In this document: in pieces, positions 32,060 to 42,106 of the stretch | Layout: each line of letters begins with the position of its first letter | How positions within the stretch are numbered: position 1 is the stretch's first letter | Assembly (NCBI GenBank): GCA_963790305.1 | Contig: CAWBOC010000008.1 | Span: forward strand, 64,001 to 128,000 | Length of the DNA: 64,000 bases | Direction: 5' to 3' | DNA from: an uncultured Gemmatimonadaceae bacterium | GTDB lineage: Bacteria > Gemmatimonadota > Gemmatimonadetes > Gemmatimonadales > Gemmatimonadaceae | Position numbers and translations under genes: made by a program | The notes under the pieces: generated by a model | What the model saw: the letters and a program-made list of their open reading frames with translations, nothing else | What the model was told of the DNA's origin: nothing | The model's database searches: none

Positions 32060-32725
32060 ATGACGACACTCCGAATTCGCCAAGGCCAGATCCTCCTGAC
32101 GGCCGGTATTCTCTCTTCACTCCTGTACGCCGCCACCGATGTCCTCGGGGGAATGCGATACCCAGGGTACAGCTTCACCTCACAAGCGATCAGCGAGCTG
32201 ATGGCCGTCGGCGCTCCCTCGGAAGGCTTCGTCGATCCCCTGTTCATCCTCTATGGTCTGCTCGTCCTGGCGTTCGGCGCAGGCGTCGTTAGGGAAGGGG
32301 CCGGCCGAAATCGACGGTTGCGAATCGCGGGAGGCCTGCTGATCGGATATGCGGCGCTCGGCTTCACCGGGCCTACGCTCTTCGAGATGCAGCAACGCGG
32401 TGCCGGCACGCCGAATGGCGACACCCCGCACATCGTTCTCACGGCGATCCTCGTACTCCTCCAGCTCCTCGCCATTGGCTTCGCTGCCTTCGCGCTCGGC
32501 AAGCGATTTCGCGTCTATTCGTTCGCGACCCTCCTCATGCTCGTCGCGTTGGGCGTGATGTCCGCCCCCTACGGCGCCCGACTCGCCGCCGGGCAGCCCA
32601 CGCCAGGCTTCGGGATCGTCGAACGCATCCTTATTTACTCCTCGCTGCTGTGGGTGGCGGTGTTTGCGATCGCGCTGCTGCGGCGGCACACACGGCCTCC
32701 TATGCAGCAGGCGCGCTCAATTGAC
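32060..32725 (+). CDS. DUF998-like membrane protein; 3' end uncertain
   Basis: PGYSFTSQAISEL, several TM helices, GIVERI. Confidence 0.7.
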
Positions 32726-33292
32726 GTGGTGAGCCCTGTAGACGTAGCGCGGACCCTCGAGCATCCGCTGGGCGACCGCGCGCGCAATGTCCAGCGCGCT
32801 CACGATGCCGAGCAGACGGCCGCCGTCGATCACGAGGACGCGGTGGGCGTGCGCGCGCTGCATCGCGTCGGCCGCGGCGCGAGCATCGGCCGACGGCGGG
32901 AACGCCACCACGCCGCGGTTCATCGCATCGGCGACGGTGTGCACCGCCAGGAGATCCCACGCCGCGGTATTGACGTCGCTGAACCGCTCGGCGACGTCGG
33001 CGCCGGCGTCCGACCAGAAGTCGACGAAGTAGGCTGCTGACGTCTCCGCCGCACCGTCGAGCTCGCGGGGCTCCTCGTCTTCGCTGGTACCGGTGACGTC
33101 GGGGACGCCGGGTGTGGTCGCGAGGAACTCGATGATGTCCATCGCGGACAGCACTCCCACGACCTTGTCCGCCTCGACGACCGGTGCCCCGCTAATCTGC
33201 CGCGCGGTGAGAATCTCCAGCGCGTCGCGTAGCGACATCCGCGGATCGAGCGTCACGACCTCGCGCGTCATGATGTCTTGTAGCCTGAGCAT
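32717..33292 (-). CDS. CBS-pair protein
   Basis: DIMTREV, ISGAPVV, HRVLVID...GIVS. Confidence 0.88.
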   Translation of the reverse strand: MLRLQDIMTREVVTLDPRMSLRDALEILTARQISGAPVVEADKVVGVLSAMDIIEFLATTPGVPDVTGTSEDEEPRELDGAAETSAAYFVDFWSDAGADVAERFSDVNTAAWDLLAVHTVADAMNRGVVAFPPSADARAAADAMQRAHAHRVLVIDGGRLLGIVSALDIARAVAQRMLEGPRYVYRAHHVN

Positions 33293-33530
33293 GTGGATCT
33301 CCCGCTGTCGGTGAAGGAGCAGCTTCCACATCGCAAGCTAGACCCCGGGCGTCGTCCGTCTGTCGGCGAAAGGGCGCCGTGTCGTAGGGGAATGTCAGGC
33401 TCTACTCCGCGCGCGATGCCCGCATGTCAGCAGAACCCCGAGGCGTACTCCGGCAATCACTGATAACACCAGGCGATCAGCGAACGCATCGTGGCAGAGA
33501 ATGGCGACTGATCCCCCACCGGAGGCTCGT

Positions 33531-34022
33531 ATGAGAAGGATTTTCCTGTCACTCGCGGCGATGTCCACGCTGGCGTGCGTTACGCTCCCGCGTCCGATTT
33601 CCGTGGCGCACCGTCCGACCGACGTCCTCATGCTCGGGGGCGAATGGCGCGGTGACTTCACGAGCGAGGATGGGCAGCGGGGTGGCACCATTGCGTTCGT
33701 CCTCGAGGTGAACAACGACACCGCGCGTGGCCCGGCGGTTCTGAAGCCGGTGGCGTACCTGCCAGCACTGGCAGGGGCATCGGCTCCGATGCGCACGGAA
33801 GCGCGGACGATCGTCGAGAGCCCGATGCATTTCGTCAGTGTCACCGCCGGCGTCGTCGCCGGCGTCGTGCCCGCGTTCTTCGACGCCGATCGCCTCACGG
33901 TCGTGCAGATGACGTTCGTGGGACGGATGCGCAGCTGGGACATCCTGGAGGGAACGTACGTGACCCTGGGCACCAGCGCCCGCGTCGAGGAGCGCGGCAC
34001 GTGGCGTGTCGTGCGGCAGTAA
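33531..34022 (+). CDS. Hypothetical lipoprotein, paralog of 57592-58080
   Basis: Lipobox TLAC; GEWRGDF...DTARG...EGTYVT...GTWRV. Confidence 0.75.
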   Translation: MRRIFLSLAAMSTLACVTLPRPISVAHRPTDVLMLGGEWRGDFTSEDGQRGGTIAFVLEVNNDTARGPAVLKPVAYLPALAGASAPMRTEARTIVESPMHFVSVTAGVVAGVVPAFFDADRLTVVQMTFVGRMRSWDILEGTYVTLGTSARVEERGTWRVVRQ

Positions 34023-34041
34023 TCGAGACCGAGGAGGAAAC

Positions 34042-34539
34042 ATGAACGGCGTTCACATACATCTGCTGCTGAATCACATTCCGGTGATCGGCATTCTCAT
34101 TGGGTCGGTGGTGTTCGCGCTCGGTGTCTGGCGCCGGAATGATTCGTGGACACGGCTTGCGCTGGGCCTCTTCGTGGTCGTCGCTCTGGCGTCGTTGGCG
34201 ACGATGCTGACCGGCGAAGGCGCGGAGGAAGCGGTGGAGCGGCTGCCGGGCGTGACGGATGCGATCATCGAGCCGCACGAGGACGCGGCGAAGCTGGCCG
34301 CGATCGCCGCGTACGTGTTAGGCGCGGTCTCGCTGGCGAGCCTGATCTGGGTGCGTGGGCGAGTGCTGCCGCGCGCGCTCGCGGTAACGGTGGTGCCACT
34401 CGTCCTGCTCGTCACCGGGCTCATGGCGTACACGGCGAATCTGGGCGGGCAGATCCGCCACACGGAGATTCGCGCCGGCGCGGTCGGCGACGCGGCTGAC
34501 GACCGTGGCCGTCGCGAACGGGAGGACATCGAGCACTGA
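34042..34539 (+). CDS. DUF2231-like membrane protein with His motifs
   Basis: HIHLLLNHIP, HEDAA, GGQIRH. Confidence 0.7.
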   Translation: MNGVHIHLLLNHIPVIGILIGSVVFALGVWRRNDSWTRLALGLFVVVALASLATMLTGEGAEEAVERLPGVTDAIIEPHEDAAKLAAIAAYVLGAVSLASLIWVRGRVLPRALAVTVVPLVLLVTGLMAYTANLGGQIRHTEIRAGAVGDAADDRGRREREDIEH

Positions 34540-34606
34540 CGCAGAGCATGGCCACTGCACGGAGTTCCGGGAGAGACCCGGGTGGCGGGGCCACGGACAG
34601 CCGAAC

Positions 34607-34696
34607 TGCCGAATGACACGAATTGCACGAATAACACGAATACGGCAGCGCCTTTCAAAGGCGGTGCCGTATTCGTGTCATTCGTGTCATTCGGCA
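34607..34696. repeat. Palindrome of (CACGAATGA)-type 9-mers between convergent genes
   Basis: TGCCGAATGACACGAAT...ATTCGTGTCATTCGGCA. Confidence 0.85.
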
Positions 34697-34739
34697 TTTC
34701 AGCAGTCCGTGGCCCTGGCGGCTCGAAGCCGTGCGCCGT

Positions 34740-35393
34740 TCAAGTCACGTGGCGGTCGCGAGAAGTCGCTCCTCGCCTCGAGAACAGTATGATCGGCACC
34801 GCTATCATGGCGGCTGTGGTGAGGCCGAAATCCTGAGGCACTCCCAGCTGCACCGCGGCGACGGTGGCAATGGCCGACCAAAGCGCCGGGATAATCACAA
34901 CGGCCCTTGGCAGAGGGGGCTCGGCCCAGAGCAGCAGACCAAGGGTAAAGATGGTCGTCGGGCATGGTACGCCGAACGTCGGCGCCGCGGGATACCGATG
35001 GCCGGTGAAAAGCCCAACGACAGGGTAGAGCACGAACGCATAGAGGATGAGCAACGCACCGGTAGCTCCCACACCGTCGTATCGGACGCGGATCGTGACG
35101 TGCTTTGCGCGAGTGCCCAACCAGACGAAGAGCGCTGCCTGCACGCCAGACACAAGGGCAAACAGTGAGGCGGCGGGGTTGATGAGACGGAAGAAGGCAA
35201 AGTGGTACACCACGCCCATCCATACCCAGAGCAGCGCCGTGACGAGCATTGCGATCCGACCGGCATTTGGATGCGACCGGATTGCGAGTACCACCACGAC
35301 GAGGCCGGCAGCCACGAGTAGAAACTGAAGTGGCCACACGGCCTCGTTGTAGCGGCGGAATACGTCGAAGAACTCGGCCGCCGTGAATGGCAT
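34740..35393 (-). CDS. DUF6064-like membrane protein
   Basis: MPFTAAEFFDVFRRYNEAVWP, FGVPCPTTIFTLG. Confidence 0.75.
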   Translation of the reverse strand: MPFTAAEFFDVFRRYNEAVWPLQFLLVAAGLVVVVLAIRSHPNAGRIAMLVTALLWVWMGVVYHFAFFRLINPAASLFALVSGVQAALFVWLGTRAKHVTIRVRYDGVGATGALLILYAFVLYPVVGLFTGHRYPAAPTFGVPCPTTIFTLGLLLWAEPPLPRAVVIIPALWSAIATVAAVQLGVPQDFGLTTAAMIAVPIILFSRRGATSRDRHVT

Positions 35394-35402
35394 GGCCTAC
35401 CC

Positions 35403-35774
35403 TCAGACGAATCCCAGCTGGCGTCCCACGAGCAGCGTGGCAATCAGTACCGCGTTGACGGCAACGCCGATCCGTGACTCGGGCCACCAGATCAGGCTGA
35501 GCACGAGCGAGGAGACGGCCGTGGGCATCGCCATCGACACCCACCACTGCGTGTTCATCAGGGCCCCGGCAGCAACCAGGCCGAACGCCAGCGCGGCGAG
35601 CAGCCACAACACCCCGCCGAGGCGGATCCCCACGAAGCCAAGATTCAGACGGCCGCTCAGCACCGTGGTCTTGAAGGGCACGCTTTCCGTCGCGGCCAGC
35701 TGCCACGATTCGGCGAAACCGACGAGATGGGCCGCACCGTGCAGCACCATCGCGAGAGCGATTGCGATTCTCAT
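35403..35774 (-). CDS. Small membrane protein
   Basis: Four hydrophobic segments; HGAAHL. Confidence 0.7.
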   Translation of the reverse strand: MRIAIALAMVLHGAAHLVGFAESWQLAATESVPFKTTVLSGRLNLGFVGIRLGGVLWLLAALAFGLVAAGALMNTQWWVSMAMPTAVSSLVLSLIWWPESRIGVAVNAVLIATLLVGRQLGFV

Positions 35775-36492
35775 AGGCCCGCCTCCGCCATGGCAGTGTC
35801 GCGCGTGCCGCGCGCCCGTCGCTCGGCATCGGCCCTAACGAGCCGCATGCCCTCGAAGCGAATGAGACCGAACGCCGGGGGAGACGAAAGTCCAATACCG
35901 GCGGAAGCGTTCGCGCGCGTATCGGTCGGTCGTCACGACCCGCGTCTCCGTCCTCACCAGCGAGGTGCCGGCATCGATCGGGTCCGCCGCCAGGGTAAAC
36001 GCGATCTTGACGTAGCCCGGGCGATCGAACGCCGCGAACTCGTCGGCCGCGAGTCCCTGGAACTTGACGTTGGCCACCCAGGGCTGCGTCACTGCACCGA
36101 GGACGATCTCTCGGCCCGGCTCCTCCGCGAGCACGCGCCAGCCAAGCGCCTGCGTCTCCTCGAGCAACGGGCGAGGAGGCGATGCCGAGTCCGTCTCCAC
36201 CGAGCGCCAGCTGACGCGCGCGGAAAATCCCTTTGACGAGCGGCGAGCGGTTGATGTCCATGGCTCGTACGGCATCGTACGCGACGTCCAGCCGCGCCGC
36301 GACGCGAGTCTCGTTGTACTCACGCACCTCGTATGTCGGCATGAACCGATCGAGCAGCGCATCCGGTACGCCCTTCGTGGACACTTTCCCATAGCCGTAC
36401 CAGTTCTTCGCCAGGTACCCGACTCCGAGCAGCACGAGGGCGCCGGCGCCACCAGCAAGGATCCTCGCCGCTCTGTGTTTCGACGTCCGCAT
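35771..36492 (-). CDS. Hypothetical protein with frameshifts
   Basis: LLDRFMP...PGREIVLG...TETRV...FRRYW spread over two or more frames. Confidence 0.6.
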
Positions 36493-36503
36493 GACGACCT
36501 CCT

Positions 36504-37466
36504 TTACTGTGGCTCGCCGTGGTACGGAGGAATCACGAGCACCGGACAGCGCGCCGCGCGCAACAGCTTCGTCGTCACGCTCCCGATCAGCATCCGTTCG
36601 ACGAGTGTCCGACCGTGCGCACCAGTCACCAACAGATCCGCGCGGTGACTCGCGGCGAACGCGAGCAGCTCCTCGGCGGTCTTCCCCTCCAGAATGACCG
36701 GTCTCACTTCGAGCAGGTCCACCTTCTCGAGCCGCTCCTCGATCTTCTTGAACGCGGCAAGGAGGCCCTGCTTGTAGATCATCGTCGTGCCTTCGTACGC
36801 CTCGCTCGGGATCTCGAGCGGAGGCTTCACGTGCGCCAGCCAGACGTGACCGGGAGGCGTCGTCATGGTGACGGCGGCTCGAGCGGCCCGCACACTGGCG
36901 CGGGAGAAGTCCATCCCCACCACGGCGCGGCGCAGCGGGGCGGTTGCGTCAGACGGAACGGCCAGGATCGGGCACGTTGCGCGTCGCGCCACCTGGGCCG
37001 CGATCTCGTCGCCGAGCAGGCGATCGATCGGCCGGTGCTTTCCTAGACCGAGCACGATGAGTGATGCCTCGATCTCGGTCGCCACCTCCACGACCGACGC
37101 CGCGACCTGACCGACTTTCACCTGAACCTTCCAGGAGTCGGCAGTCCGAAGCGTCTTGCGGACGCGGTCGTGCACCTCCCTCCATCGCATCTCGGTCCGC
37201 GCTACGTCGCTGATCGTCGGCGGAAGGGTCACCATCAACCCGTCTACCGGTGCGTACATGCTTGCAAGCGGCTCGAGCACCGAGATGACGTGCATCGAGA
37301 GCCCATGATCCCTGGCGATCGCTTCGGCGACGCGCAACGGTGCGTTGCTCGTCTCCTGCCCGTCGGTCGCGACGAGAATCGGTCCGGTAAGAACCCAGGG
37401 ATACACCCGCGTCGATGGCTCAGCAGTGACTTCCGATTGCACAAGCTCCGTCGTATTGGTCGTCAT
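36504..37466 (-). CDS. Tandem-domain universal stress protein
   Basis: ILVATDG, VVGMDFS, GAHGRT...IGSVT, CPVLVIP. Confidence 0.92.
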   Translation of the reverse strand: MTTNTTELVQSEVTAEPSTRVYPWVLTGPILVATDGQETSNAPLRVAEAIARDHGLSMHVISVLEPLASMYAPVDGLMVTLPPTISDVARTEMRWREVHDRVRKTLRTADSWKVQVKVGQVAASVVEVATEIEASLIVLGLGKHRPIDRLLGDEIAAQVARRATCPILAVPSDATAPLRRAVVGMDFSRASVRAARAAVTMTTPPGHVWLAHVKPPLEIPSEAYEGTTMIYKQGLLAAFKKIEERLEKVDLLEVRPVILEGKTAEELLAFAASHRADLLVTGAHGRTLVERMLIGSVTTKLLRAARCPVLVIPPYHGEPQ

Positions 37467-37544
37467 GGCACGCTCCGAAAAGGACCTGTGTTCACGGTAT
37501 GGCCGTGGCGACCGCAGATCAGTCAGCCAATGTGCCGAGATCCG

Positions 37545-37559
37545 TAAGACAATCCCTGA
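37545..37559. promoter_or_regulatory. Putative regulon box TAAGAC-AAT-CCCTGA
   Basis: In the divergent USP/PAS-kinase intergenic region. Confidence 0.45.
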
Positions 37560-37596
37560 CGATTGACGCGCATCGCTTACCGCACATGTTTCTGGA

Positions 37597-38796
37597 ATGC
37601 ACACTCCAATTGGTGGCTTTCCCGACGGGCGGGACATCACCGAGCACCGCGCGGCGATGGAGGCGTTGCGCACCTCGGAGTTTCGCTTCGCGTCGATCGT
37701 CGACATTGCCGCCGACGCCATCGTCTCGGTGGACGATGAGCAGGTGATCACCCTCTTCAATCAGGGCGCGGAACGGATTTTCGGGTACACCGCGGCGGAG
37801 GTCATCGGGAAACCGCTCGACCTGCTGCTTCCGACCGACGTGCACGAGATCCATCGCGAGCACATCCGACAGTTCTCGCGAACGGGCGAATCGGCTCGCC
37901 GCATGGGTGAGCGGAGCGAAGTGCGCGGGCGCCGAAAGAACGGCGAGATCTTTCCCGCCGAAGCCTCGATCTCGAAGTTCGATCTCGGTGACCGGCGCGT
38001 GTTCACCGCGGTCTTGCGCGACATCACCGATCGCCGCGCGGCCGAGCAGGAACGCGCTCGCCTGCTCGACGCCGAGCGTTCAGCGCGGGCGGCCGCGGAG
38101 GTGGCGCTGCGTACCCGCGACGAGGTGCTGGCGGTGGTGTCGCACGACCTGCGCAACCCGCTCAGCGTGATCGACATGTGCGCGGCATCGTTGTCGGACA
38201 AGCTCCCGCCTGACGACGCCGCCGCGCACGGCCTCGTCAGGACGATCGAGAGCTCGACCGCCTGGATGAACCGTCTCATCGAGGACCTGCTGGATGTGGC
38301 GCGCGTGGAGGCGGGCCGGCTCGCGCTCGAGCGGAATCCCCAGGACCTGGTGCGGGTGATCAGTGAAGCGACGGTGATGCTCGAGCCACTCATCGCCGAA
38401 AAGTCGCTCACCCTGCGCGAACATCTGCCCGAGTATCTGCCTCGCGCGTACGTCGACGCACGCCGCATCGTCCAGGTCCTCGAGAACCTCGTGTCGAATG
38501 CGGTGAAGCACACCGCTGCCGGCGGTGAAATTCACATTCGCGCCGCGGCCGCTGATGGCGAGGTGCACATCACGGTGCGCGATACCGGGGCCGGCATTCC
38601 GGCGGAAAATCTCCCGCATCTGTTCGACCGATTCTGGCAAGCGCGCGGGGCTCGGCGTGGCGGCGCCGGACTGGGCCTCGCGATCGCGAAGGGAATCGTC
38701 GAAGCCCATGGTGGCCGCATCTGGGTCGAGAGCGAAGTCGGGCTGGGGAGCACGTTCGCCTTCTCCCTTCCGATCGAGAGACGCGGAGACGCATAG
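37597..38796 (+). CDS. PAS-domain sensor histidine kinase with FixL-like PAS
   Basis: FNQGAERIFGY...H...GRRKNGEIFP; SHDLRNP; DTGAGI; GLGLAI. Confidence 0.92.
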   Translation: MHTPIGGFPDGRDITEHRAAMEALRTSEFRFASIVDIAADAIVSVDDEQVITLFNQGAERIFGYTAAEVIGKPLDLLLPTDVHEIHREHIRQFSRTGESARRMGERSEVRGRRKNGEIFPAEASISKFDLGDRRVFTAVLRDITDRRAAEQERARLLDAERSARAAAEVALRTRDEVLAVVSHDLRNPLSVIDMCAASLSDKLPPDDAAAHGLVRTIESSTAWMNRLIEDLLDVARVEAGRLALERNPQDLVRVISEATVMLEPLIAEKSLTLREHLPEYLPRAYVDARRIVQVLENLVSNAVKHTAAGGEIHIRAAAADGEVHITVRDTGAGIPAENLPHLFDRFWQARGARRGGAGLGLAIAKGIVEAHGGRIWVESEVGLGSTFAFSLPIERRGDA

Positions 38797-38938
38797 GCCA
38801 CTGGGCGCACGTCCGGCTTTCGCCGACAAGAGCGCGGCGCCTCCCCGATATTCGGCCGTCTGCTGACGGGCTAGCCTGAGAGCCGAGAGCGGCGAAGTCC
38901 TCGTTTTACGCTGCTCGGTCCCTCGCAGGAGCACCCCA

Positions 38939-39839
38939 ATGCGCGAAATCCTCGACTTGCCGACCGGCGCGTCACCACTAGATGAAAGAGCGTCCTTCAC
39001 CGGCCGCGAACGCGCTGGTCTCCTCATCGCCACTGACGGCCGGCCAGCCGCCGATGGGGCGATCATTGTCGGCCGCTCGATCGCCAACCGCGACGGTGAG
39101 GTGCAGGAGCTCGTGGCGGTCGAGGCACTCGAGCGGCTTCGCGAAGTTGCCGGGCGAGACGATCGTCCAGACCGACCTCCCGCTGCGACTCGCACAGCAG
39201 CGAGCCCGCACGACCAACGTCGGGCGCGACAGCTGGCCGCTGTCGATCGCCTATGGATCACCGAGCAATACCATCGCGGAGCTGGCGGATCACACGCAGC
39301 GACGACTCATCGTCATGGGACTGCATGTTCATCCCCGACGCGATCGGTGGCTGGGACGCGAAACGGCTCTCCAGGTAATGCGGCGGGCCAACTGCCCGGT
39401 GCTCGCGGTGGACAGCAACCGTCGCACGATTCCCCGGCGCACGCTCCTCGCGATCGACTTCAGCCCGTCGAGCATCGCAGCGGCGGCCGAGGCGCTCCGT
39501 GTGATCGGCGATACCGGTCCGGTGTATTTCGCGCACGTCGTTCCGCGCACCGCCGTGCCGTTCGACGCTGGCCCGCAACCCATGTACGAGCCTGCTGTCC
39601 AACTGCGGCTCGCTTTCGTCGAACGCGGTCTCGAAATCCCGCCACACGTTGAAACGCGCATCGTGGTACTGCGCGGCGATCCCGCGACCGAGCTGCTGGC
39701 GTTCGCCGAGCAGGAGGGTATCGAGCTGATCGCGACTGGCAGTCATGGTGTGAGCGCGTTCCGCGGTTCGGTGATCGGGAGTGTGCCCACCGTGTTGGTG
39801 CGGGCGGCTCGGTGCTCGGTGCTGGTGGTGCCGACGTAG
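38939..39839 (+). CDS. Universal stress protein; frameshift near 39130
   Basis: LIATDG in one frame; LAIDFS, GSHG and IGSV in the second. Confidence 0.8.
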
Positions 39840-39942
39840 TCGAGGTGGTCGAGGTCATCGAGGTGATCGAGGTGATCGAGGTGATCGAGGAACGTCGGTT
39901 GCTCTCGATCACCTCGACGTCCTTGCCCACCTCGATCACCTC
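39836..39942. repeat. Palindrome of (GTCGAGGTG)n 9-mers
   Basis: Same family as 8758-8858. Confidence 0.88.
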
Positions 39943-39950
39943 TCTTCCAG

Positions 39951-39965
39951 TCAGGGAAACCCTGA
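39951..39965. promoter_or_regulatory. Regulon box TCAGGG-AAA-CCCTGA upstream of nosZ
   Basis: Perfect 6-3-6 inverted repeat ~90 nt before the nosZ ATG. Confidence 0.7.
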
Positions 39966-40054
39966 GCACAATCGAGGGTCAGTCCCGACTGCTACCGGAT
40001 GCCGAGCCCACGATACTGCCGGCACTCCTTTGTCGACTCTCTCGTGAGGTATCC

Positions 40055-42102
40055 ATGAACGCCAACGTCAGGACGGTCGTGCTCACCGCGGGGATCGCGG
40101 CGCTCGTGGCCGGATTCGCCTTTGCCTGCCGGCCGACCGGTCGCCAGGTGCTCTCTGCCGGCAATGCCGCAGGAAAGGTGTATGTCCCACCGGGGCAGTA
40201 CGATGAGTACTACGCCTTTCTCTCCGGTGGGTTTACCGGACAGATCGGTGTCTACGGGATCCCCTCCGGGCGTTTGCTGAAGGTCATTCCCGTCTTTTCG
40301 CAGAACGCGGAGAACGGCTATGGCTACAACGACGAAACCAAGGCCGCTGCTCGAGACATCGTTCGGCGAGATCCCGTGGGACGACACGCACCATCCGTCT
40401 CTGTCACAAACGGGCGGCATGCACGACGGCCGGTGGCTCTTCATCAATGCCAACAACACGCCGCGGTTTGCGCGCATCGATCTGTCGAAGTTCGAGACAA
40501 TCGAAACGCTCGAGGTGCCGAACACCGGCGGGAACCATGGCGTCGCCGTTCGTCACGGAGAACACGGAGATACGTGATCGGCGCCACGCGGTTCTGGGTC
40601 CCGATCCCGCAGGCCGACGTCGCGATCGAGACGATTTCGAGAAGGAGTTCAAGGGCACCATTTCGTTTGTGAAGGCCAACGAGGCCGGCAAGATGGACAT
40701 CGCCTTCCAGCTTCTCGTGCCCGGCTTCAACTATGACCTCGGTCACGCCGGGCAAGGGCCCGTCCCATGGCTGGGTGTTCTTCACGTCGTATAACACCGA
40801 GCAGGCCTTCACTCGGCTCGAAGTCAACGCGTCGAAGAATGACAATGACTATCATCGCCGCGGTGAACTGGAAGCGGCTCGAGCGGTGCGTGGCGCGAGG
40901 GCAAGGCAAAATCGATGGCGCGCCAGACTACGCGCACAACTACGACGACGCCACGCATTCGCGCATGCGACGGAAATGAAGAAGACGAGCGTGAAGGTGC
41001 ATGGAGCCTGAGCGACTGTGAAGGCGAGCATCTACTATCTCCCGACCCCCAAGTCTCCGCACGGCGTCGACATCGATCCCGACCGGCGAATACATCGTCG
41101 GGGGTGGCAAGCTCGCCACGGTCATCCCGGTGCACTCCTTCTCGAAGATGCGAAGGCGATCGAGAACAAGGCGTTCGAGGAGAAGATCGAAGGGATTCAC
41201 GTGCTCAAGTACGACGCGATCGATGGCCGGCGAAGTGCAGAATCCCGGGCTCGGTCCGCTGCATAACGAGTTCGATGACAAGGGATGCGCCTACACATCG
41301 GTCTTCATTTCGCTCCGAGATCGTGAAATGGATGCTGGCACGTGGGATAGTCGTCGATCGCGTACCGACCTATTACTCGATCGGGCACCTGATGGTGCTG
41401 GGCGGCGACACGAAGAAGCCGTACGGCCGGTACATGCTGGCGCTGAACAAGATCACGAAGGATCGCTATCTGCCCACGGGTCCCGAGCTCGCGCAGTCGG
41501 CGCAGCTCTATCGACATCTCCGGTGCGAAGATGAAGTTGCTGCTCGACTTCCCGACGATCGGCGAGCCGCACTACGCACAGGCGCATTCATGCGACGCTG
41601 ATCCGGGACAAGCAGGTGCGGTTCTACTCAAGCTCGCCGAGAACAGTCACCCGTACGTCGTCAAAGAGCGAGAAAGGAGACCGGTATCTAGCGCAGTCGG
41701 GAAGAACGTGCATGTCAGGATGACCGCCATTCGCTCGCACTTCGCGCCGGACAACATCGAGGGCGTGCAGGTCGGCGACACCGTGCTGTTTCATGTCACG
41801 AACCTCGAGCAGGACTGGGATATGCTCCACGGCTTCGCCGTCGATGGGAGTGGAACGACGCCGAACTGCTGATGCATGCCGGGCGAGACGCGCACGCTGA
41901 AGTGGGTGCCGAAGCTACCCCGGTGTCTATCCGTTCTACTGCACGGACTTCTGCAGCGCGCTGCACCAGGAGATGTCAGGGATATGTCCGCGTCTCACCG
42001 GCAGGCTCACGCGTTCCGCTGGTGGCGAACGTGAGTCCGCGCGCCGCGACGCAAGCGGCACGCGCTCGCGAGCTGCCCACGGCACGGCCGGTGGAGCGAT
42101 AG
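40055..42102 (+). CDS. nosZ: Clade II (Sec-dependent) nitrous oxide reductase; many apparent frameshifts
   Basis: YYAFLSGG, PWDDTHHP, PKSPHGVD, LGPLHNEFD, GEPHYAQ and CuA FYCTDFCSALHQEM across frames; Sec/lipobox leader, no Tat motif. Confidence 0.92.
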
Positions 42103-42106
42103 GGCC

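Noticed and set aside
37563..37576. FNR-like site TTGAC-GCGC-ATCGC
   Set aside because: The right half-site is a poor match to ATCAA and it is not repeated before nos, nir or nrf
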